Source: Candidatus Omnitrophota bacterium | Lineage (GTDB): Bacteria; Omnitrophota; Gorgyraeia; JABMRJ01 | Assembly (NCBI GenBank): GCA_016783555.1 | Contig: JADHWH010000002.1 | Location: 2,037-66,036, forward strand | Length of the DNA: 64,000 nucleotides | Reading direction: 5' to 3' | Shown: positions 58,989 to 64,000 of the stretch, piece after piece | Layout: every line of letters begins with the position of its first letter | Position numbering within the stretch: position 1 is the first letter of the stretch | The notes under the pieces: generated by a model | Databases searched by the model: none | Seen by the model: the letters and a program-made list of their open reading frames with translations, nothing else | What the model was told of the DNA's origin: nothing | Program-made: the position numbers and the translations under genes

Positions 58989-59222
58989 ATGATGGAATTA
59001 AAAGAAAAAGTAATGGGTGTGCTGAATAAGAAGATAAAGCCGTGGCTTAAGGCGGACGGCGGGGATTGCGAGCTGGTAGATGTCACTACTGACGGTGTGG
59101 TCAAGGTGAAATTAACCGGCGCATGCGGCACATGCCCCATGAGCCAGATGACACTCCAGATGGGAGTAGGAAGGGTATTAAAAGAAGAGATACCTGAGGT
59201 AAAAGAGGTCGTTGCCGTATAA
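58989..59222 (+). CDS. NifU C-terminal-domain (Nfu-type) Fe-S cluster carrier protein
   Basis: IKPWLKADGGDCELVDV...KLTGACGTCPMS (CxxC) signature. Confidence 0.8.
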   Translation: MMELKEKVMGVLNKKIKPWLKADGGDCELVDVTTDGVVKVKLTGACGTCPMSQMTLQMGVGRVLKEEIPEVKEVVAV

Positions 59223-59245
59223 CGGCGATAAGAGTTTTAAAGAGA

Positions 59246-59959
59246 ATGGTCGAATTCGATACAGAAGTAGTAGATGTAATAGAGATGACCTATAATGTAA
59301 AGAGCTTCAGGTTTAGAGCCGGAGATGATGCGGTTTTTAGGCCCGGACAGTTCTTCTTTGTTACGATAAAAGCTGAAGACCGGGATATGACGAAACATTT
59401 CTCTTTTTCGAATTCGCCTACGGAAAAAGGTTATGTAGAATTTACCAAGAGGATTACCGGAAGCCCGTTTTCTAAAGCGCTTGACGGATTAAAAAGAGGC
59501 GATTGGGCGCACTTGAGGATGCCGTACGGTAACTTTACGTTTGAGGGAGGGCATGATAGAATAGCCTTTCTTTCCGGCGGCATAGGCGTAACGCCTATAA
59601 GGTCTATGTGTAAGTATGCCGGAGACATGAAATTAGAGAGAGATATAGTCTTACTCTATGGCAACAGTGAGGAGAGGGATATTATATTCAGGCGGGATTT
59701 AGACGAGATAAGCTCGAAAATTAAGAATATCCGCGTACTATACACCTTGACCTCTCAAGACGTTGATAACTCTACTTGGGCCGGGAGGATAGGTTACATA
59801 GATAGTAAGATGGTAAGAGAAGAAATCCCCGATTACAATAAAAGGATCTTTTATATATGCGGCCCGCCTAATATGGTAGAGGGTTTAAAAAATATCTTAA
59901 GAGACGATCTCGGCGTTAAAGAAGGCAGTATTAAATATGAGAATTTTTCAGGGTATTGA
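59246..59959 (+). CDS. ferredoxin-NADP reductase-like FAD/NAD(P)-binding oxidoreductase
   Basis: FAD motif RxYS-like (FSFSNSP), NAD motif AFLSGGIGVTPIRSM, C-terminal YICGPPNMV. Confidence 0.7.
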   Translation: MVEFDTEVVDVIEMTYNVKSFRFRAGDDAVFRPGQFFFVTIKAEDRDMTKHFSFSNSPTEKGYVEFTKRITGSPFSKALDGLKRGDWAHLRMPYGNFTFEGGHDRIAFLSGGIGVTPIRSMCKYAGDMKLERDIVLLYGNSEERDIIFRRDLDEISSKIKNIRVLYTLTSQDVDNSTWAGRIGYIDSKMVREEIPDYNKRIFYICGPPNMVEGLKNILRDDLGVKEGSIKYENFSGY

Positions 59960-60007
59960 TCTTGAGTGAGGCGGTCTATTTTGATTTCGCAAGATAGGAG
60001 GATAATA

Positions 60008-60586
60008 ATGGGAAAGTCCGTGAAAGGAACTAAGACAGAAAAGAATCTACTCGCTTCTTTCGCCGGTGAATCGCAGGCGAGAAACCGCTATACATATTTT
60101 GCCGGTGTGGCCAAAAAGGCCGGTTACGAGCAGATTGCGGCCATATTCTTAGAGACCGCCGATAATGAGAAAGAGCATGCCAAGAGGTTCTTCAAGCTTT
60201 TGGAAGGTGGGGAAGTAGAGATCGCGGCTTCATACCCTGCGGGGGTGATAGGAGATACCCCGGCAAATCTTAAGGCCGCCGCAGAAGGCGAAAACCTCGA
60301 ATGGACAAAGCTTTACAAGGAGGCGGAAGAGAGAGCGCGCAAAGAGGGTTTTGAAGAGATTGCCGAACAGTTTAAAGAGATTGCCGAAGTAGAAGAAGAG
60401 CACGAAAAGAGATACCGCAGGCTCCTTCGGAATATAAAAGAGAAGAAGGTCTTTAAGAGAGAGACCGTCGTTAAATGGAAATGCCGAAACTGCGGATATC
60501 TCCATGAGGGCAAAGAGGCACCGGAAGAGTGCCCCGCCTGCGCCCATCCACAGGCGTACTACGAACTTCTGTGCGAGAATTATTAA
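60008..60586 (+). CDS. rbr: rubrerythrin (diiron ferritin-like domain + C-terminal rubredoxin-like domain)
   Basis: ExxH diiron motifs (NEKEHAKRF, EEEHEKRY) and CRNCG...CPACAH; SD AGGAGG before ATG 60008. Confidence 0.9.
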   Translation: MGKSVKGTKTEKNLLASFAGESQARNRYTYFAGVAKKAGYEQIAAIFLETADNEKEHAKRFFKLLEGGEVEIAASYPAGVIGDTPANLKAAAEGENLEWTKLYKEAEERARKEGFEEIAEQFKEIAEVEEEHEKRYRRLLRNIKEKKVFKRETVVKWKCRNCGYLHEGKEAPEECPACAHPQAYYELLCENY

Positions 60587-60612
60587 AAGTAATGCGGTGA
60601 AAAGGAATGATT

Positions 60613-60749
60613 AAATTCGAAATCCGAATATCGAAATCCGAAACAATATCGAATTACCGAAATTCGAATGTTCCAAACCAAGTGTTTTGGTCATTTGAAA
60701 ATTCGGATTTCGTATTTGTTTCGAATTTCGGATTTCGTGCTTCGAATTT
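60613..60749. repeat. about 137-bp imperfect palindromic element built from CGAAATCCGAA / TTCGGATTTCG motifs
   Basis: Left half carries two direct CGAAATCCGAA units, right half two inverted units, centre CCAAACCAAGTGTTTTGG. The same motif occurs as a tandem repeat at 19942..19985. Confidence 0.5.
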
Positions 60750-60789
60750 AACAAGCAGATAAACATATTATACGAGGGAGGTGCGAATC

Positions 60790-61233
60790 ATGAAAGGGTA
60801 TGTGTGTAAAGTATGTAAATATATCTCTATAAACGGAAGCGCGCCGGATAAGTGCCCGGTCTGCGGGGCGCCGAAGACGGCTTTTGAAGAGAAGGATAAC
60901 GCCGCATCGGCCGCTAAAGACACAAATAACCTGACCGAATTGGAGAAGAAGCACATACCGGTTATTACCGTCTTAAAAGAGTGCGGCTTAATACCCGAAG
61001 GCTGCATGGATGTACATGTAAAGATGGGAGAGATCAAACACCCTATGCAGGCCGACCATTACATCGTACACATCGACTTCTATATAGAGAACGAGTTTAT
61101 ATCGAGGGTTATATTGACTCCTGATAGACTTAATCCGGCAGCCGCGCTCCACCTTAACGCAAAGAGCGGCAGGCTTACGGTTATAGAGCTCTGCAATATA
61201 CATGGGGCTTGGGTTAAAGAGGCAAATCTATAA
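60790..61233 (+). CDS. superoxide reductase (desulfoferrodoxin-like: N-terminal Cys4 domain + C-terminal SOR domain)
   Basis: CKVCKY...CPVCG N-domain; SOR ligands H (KKHIPVI), H (IKHPM), H (ADHYIVH), C-x2-H (ELCNIHG); SD GAGGGAGG before ATG 60790. Confidence 0.8.
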   Translation: MKGYVCKVCKYISINGSAPDKCPVCGAPKTAFEEKDNAASAAKDTNNLTELEKKHIPVITVLKECGLIPEGCMDVHVKMGEIKHPMQADHYIVHIDFYIENEFISRVILTPDRLNPAAALHLNAKSGRLTVIELCNIHGAWVKEANL

Positions 61234-61250
61234 AAGAGGGGGGAGACTTT

Positions 61251-61730
61251 ATGGGCAACATATTTTCTGGAAGCGAGATAGTAGAGATGGGAATCCAGAT
61301 TGAGAAGAACGGCAAGGCCTTTTATGACAGGTTGACCGAAAAGTCCAGCAATGGTGAAGCCAAAGATATTTTTAAATTTTTGGCCGGAGAGGAAGAGAAG
61401 CACATAGTTCTATTCAAAAAGATATTGGAGGCGGTAGGTAAATTCCAGCCGCAGGAGACCTATCCAGGCGAGTATTACGAATATATGAACGCCTTGGCCG
61501 GAGAGTATATCTTTACCCAGAAAGGGAAAGGCCAGGAAGTGGCCGCCGGGGTAAAGGATGATAAGGATGCGGTAAATCTTGGCATAGGCTTTGAGAAGGA
61601 TTCGATTATCTTCTACGACGGGCTTAAGAGAGTCGTGCCGGAATACGACCAGAAGACAGTAGATACATTAATAACAGAGGAGAAGGCCCATTTAAGAAAG
61701 CTGTACGGTCTGAAGAGGAAGATCGGATAA
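61251..61730 (+). CDS. rubrerythrin-family ferritin-like diiron protein (erythrin-like, no rubredoxin domain)
   Basis: Two ExxH-type pairs (EEEKHI, EEKAHL) in a four-helix-bundle-sized protein. Confidence 0.6.
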   Translation: MGNIFSGSEIVEMGIQIEKNGKAFYDRLTEKSSNGEAKDIFKFLAGEEEKHIVLFKKILEAVGKFQPQETYPGEYYEYMNALAGEYIFTQKGKGQEVAAGVKDDKDAVNLGIGFEKDSIIFYDGLKRVVPEYDQKTVDTLITEEKAHLRKLYGLKRKIG

Positions 61731-61743
61731 GAAGGATCTACAG

Positions 61744-62784
61744 ATGGAGAGAGAACCGACTTGCCCCCACTGCGAAGAGAGAACGCCATTATACAAAAAT
61801 AAGACTTTTATCGTATCCTCTATACTGATATCGGCGGCTCTTTTATCTTATATCGTACCTATCATGGAACCTTTTAGAAGATCCCTTTTTGTATATTTTA
61901 AGACTATATGGTGGGCGATCCTCCTCGGTTTTTTGCTTGGCGGCGCGATAGACCACTATGTCCCGCGTGAATATATATCGCATATCTTAGCGAGGCCGAG
62001 GAAGAGGACGATATTCTATTCTGTAATCCTGGGCTTTTTTATGAGCGCATGCTCGCACGGGATACTCGCCCTTTCTATCGAGCTCCACAAGAAAGGAGCG
62101 TCGAATCCAGCGGTGGTGGCATTCCTTCTCGCGAGCCCCTGGGCCAATCTTACTCTTACGATAATGCTGATAGGGTTTTTCGGCTTAAAGGCGTTATATA
62201 TTATAGTTTCGGCTATTGTAATTGCCGTGATCACAGGATTTATATTCCAATTTTTAGAGTCGAAGAATCTCATCGAAAAGAATGATAATATCGTAAATAC
62301 CGAAGAAACCTTTTCTATCGTTAATGATATCAGGAAGAGATTCGGCGATTATGAATTCTCCTTTAATGCTGTTAGATCTGATATAAGAGGCATTTTAAAC
62401 GGGGCGCTTTCGTTAAGCAATATGGTATTATGGTGGGTTCTGATAGGTGTGGGGATTGCGAGCTTAGCTGGGGGTTATGTCCCGTCAGGTATATTCCAGA
62501 GATTTATGGGGCCAACCATGCTCGGACTCGCCGTAACGCTTATCGTCGCTACAATCATAGAGGTATGCTCCGAAGGTTCGGCGCCGATGGCGTTTGAGAT
62601 ATTCAGGCAGACCGGCGCGCTGGGAAACAGCTTTGTCTTCCTTATGGCGGGCGTCGTGACTGATTATACGGAGATAGGGCTCCTGTGGCATAATGTGGGA
62701 AGAAGGGTAGCTATCTGGCTGCCGATAATTACGGTACCGCAGGTTGTCTTATTGGGCATAATAGCCAATAATATATTTAAATGA
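61744..62784 (+). CDS. DUF318-family predicted permease
   Basis: N-terminal CPHC, about 8 TM helices, two-repeat organisation with a CSHG motif. Confidence 0.55.
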   Translation: MEREPTCPHCEERTPLYKNKTFIVSSILISAALLSYIVPIMEPFRRSLFVYFKTIWWAILLGFLLGGAIDHYVPREYISHILARPRKRTIFYSVILGFFMSACSHGILALSIELHKKGASNPAVVAFLLASPWANLTLTIMLIGFFGLKALYIIVSAIVIAVITGFIFQFLESKNLIEKNDNIVNTEETFSIVNDIRKRFGDYEFSFNAVRSDIRGILNGALSLSNMVLWWVLIGVGIASLAGGYVPSGIFQRFMGPTMLGLAVTLIVATIIEVCSEGSAPMAFEIFRQTGALGNSFVFLMAGVVTDYTEIGLLWHNVGRRVAIWLPIITVPQVVLLGIIANNIFK

Positions 62785-62826
62785 GGCCATGACTTACGGA
62801 ACGAAGTGAACGTAAGTCATATGGCC
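62785..62826 (+). terminator. stem-loop immediately after the permease stop (GGCCATGACTTACG...CGTAAGTCATATGGCC)
   Basis: 14-bp stem with a 2-nt bulge; no T-run, so terminator function is uncertain. Confidence 0.35.
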
Positions 62827-62832
62827 GAATTT

Positions 62833-62900
62833 ACCCAGCACTAATTTTATGAAATATTGGGTCTATGTATTAAAAAATAGGAATAAAATTAGTGCTGGGT
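62833..62900. promoter_or_regulatory. 16-bp perfect inverted repeat (ACCCAGCACTAATTTT-N36-AAAATTAGTGCTGGGT)
   Basis: Directly visible; followed at 62941..62969 by a second perfect 12-bp-stem hairpin just before trxB. Confidence 0.3.
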
Positions 62901-62984
62901 TTAATGCGACCTTTCATAGAAGAGAAACAGAGGAGATAAACTTACGAAAAATCGGAGATTTTTCGTAAGTTTAGGTCTTATTAA

Positions 62985-63887
62985 ATGCGCGACTTGATTA
63001 TTATAGGGGCAGGGCCGGCCGGCATAACAGCCGGCATATACGCTATCCGCCAGGGGCTTGATCTCCTGGTTATATCGAAAGATATCGGCGGCCAGACCGT
63101 CTGGAGCGGCGACATCGAAAATTATACGGGCTATCAATTTATTTCAGGCCCCGAGCTTACGGGCAAGTTCGAAGAGCATATGCGCAAATATGGGATCGAA
63201 CTGAAAAATGAGGAGGAGGTAACTAAACTTGAGAAGACCGGTGGCGGTGTCACGATTGAGACTGTGGAAGGTCAGTATGAGTCGCGGACAGCGATAATCG
63301 CCTCGGGAAAGAGATCAAAAGAGCTTAACGTGCCGGGTGAGAAGGAATTTAAAAACCGGGGTCTTACGTATTGCGCAACCTGTGACGGCCCGCTGTTCGC
63401 GAAGAAGGATGTTGCGATAATAGGCGGCGGAAACTCCGCCATGGACGCGGCCCTCAAGCTTATAAAGATAGCCAACCGCATCTATATTATTAATAACACG
63501 CCCGCTCTCGGCGGCGACGCAATAATACGGCAGAAGGTGATTGAGAGCGATAAGGTATCGACCTTTAACTCCTCCCGGGTGGCATCTGTCTTTGGGGATA
63601 AACTGGTAAGCGGTATTAAGATAGTAAGCGGGAAGAATGAGAAGACGTTTTCAGTCCAGGGAGTCTTTGTGGAGATAGGTCTTGTGCCGAATTCCGGGTT
63701 TATAAAGGGTGTGGATAAGAACGAAGACGGGGAGATCAAGGTTAACAAAAGGAATGAAACCAATATACCCGGTATCTTTGCCGCAGGCGACGTCACCGAT
63801 GTGCCGGAGAAGCAGATTATAGTGGCGACCGGCGAAGGGGCTAAGGCGGCGCTTCAGGCCTTTAAATATCTGGCGCAGCAAAAATAA
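62985..63887 (+). CDS. trxB: thioredoxin-disulfide reductase
   Basis: FAD GxGxxG (IIIGAGPAG), redox-active CATCDG, NADPH GGGNSA. Confidence 0.85.
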   Translation: MRDLIIIGAGPAGITAGIYAIRQGLDLLVISKDIGGQTVWSGDIENYTGYQFISGPELTGKFEEHMRKYGIELKNEEEVTKLEKTGGGVTIETVEGQYESRTAIIASGKRSKELNVPGEKEFKNRGLTYCATCDGPLFAKKDVAIIGGGNSAMDAALKLIKIANRIYIINNTPALGGDAIIRQKVIESDKVSTFNSSRVASVFGDKLVSGIKIVSGKNEKTFSVQGVFVEIGLVPNSGFIKGVDKNEDGEIKVNKRNETNIPGIFAAGDVTDVPEKQIIVATGEGAKAALQAFKYLAQQK

Positions 63888-64000
63888 AGGATATGATTTC
63901 AAAGAAAAGATTGCTTAACGGTCTACATGAACTTGTGCATGTCGAGGAAGGGGCGGTTACGCTCTACGCAAATTTTACGAAGACCCTCTTGAGGCATGCG

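Overview
This 64 kb window looks like chromosomal DNA from an anaerobic, probably diderm and uncultivated bacterium, at roughly 45-50% GC. Coding density is high and almost everything is on the + strand. Many genes abut by 4 nt (ATGA overlaps), so they form operons.

Gene content, left to right:
(1) A NifX-like / DUF5320 / SAM-methyltransferase / two MinD-type 4Fe-4S ATPases / IscU-like / MBL-fold cluster. It is conserved in anaerobes but has no known function.
(2) A TroA/ZnuA-type metal ABC importer: binding protein plus two permeases, with no ATPase in the operon.
(3) A NikR-regulated CbiMNQO-type nickel/cobalt ECF importer. Both metal operons are headed by a predicted outer-membrane protein with an N-terminal coiled coil.
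(4) A small low-coding islet: YajQ, a 16-bp x5 tandem repeat, an XRE-HTH / ImmA-IrrE pair and a cluster of GC-rich hairpins.
(5) Cell-wall amidases and MurI, the queuosine genes queDCEF, a two-subunit class I fumarase, RNase PH and RdgB.
(6) A convergent AsmA-like gene and a secreted Lys/Glu/Arg-rich protein.
(7) A tRNA cluster (Arg-TCG on the - strand; Pro-TGG, Arg-TCT and His-GTG on the + strand). The tRNA-Pro 3' end is duplicated 21 bp perfectly, 177 bp downstream, which looks like an att-site scar.
(8) A dense signalling locus: four stand-alone receiver proteins, two cytoplasmic histidine kinases (one fused to a degenerate GGDEF and a PilZ domain), a CmcI-type methyltransferase and a nitroreductase.
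(9) Directly downstream of that signalling locus, a type IV pilus locus: PilB with an MshEN-type N-terminal domain, PilC, a major pilin, a minor pilin, two very large pseudopilin-like proteins with beta-helix-like repeats, a PilM-PilN fusion, PilO and a PilP-like protein.
(10) glnA, gdhA, a glutamate-synthase-domain gene, a complete biotin operon bioB-F-(H/G)-C-D-A behind a BirA-type operator, and feoAB.
(11) On the - strand, an Rrf2 regulator, cysK and a DUF39/COG1900-like gene.
(12) A redox and oxidative-stress island: a second Rrf2 regulator, an Fe-S protein, a Zn-ribbon protein, Nfu, an FNR-like flavoprotein, rubrerythrin, a superoxide reductase, an erythrin-like diiron protein, a DUF318 permease and TrxB. 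The island carries duplicated palindromic operator-like boxes and a strongly translated Cys-rich upstream ORF.

Several conserved non-coding elements are reported in the findings. The most striking is a hairpin, repeated before bioD and feoB, that sequesters the Shine-Dalgarno sequence and the GTG start codon.

All calls rest on reading motifs in the sequence. No database searches were run.
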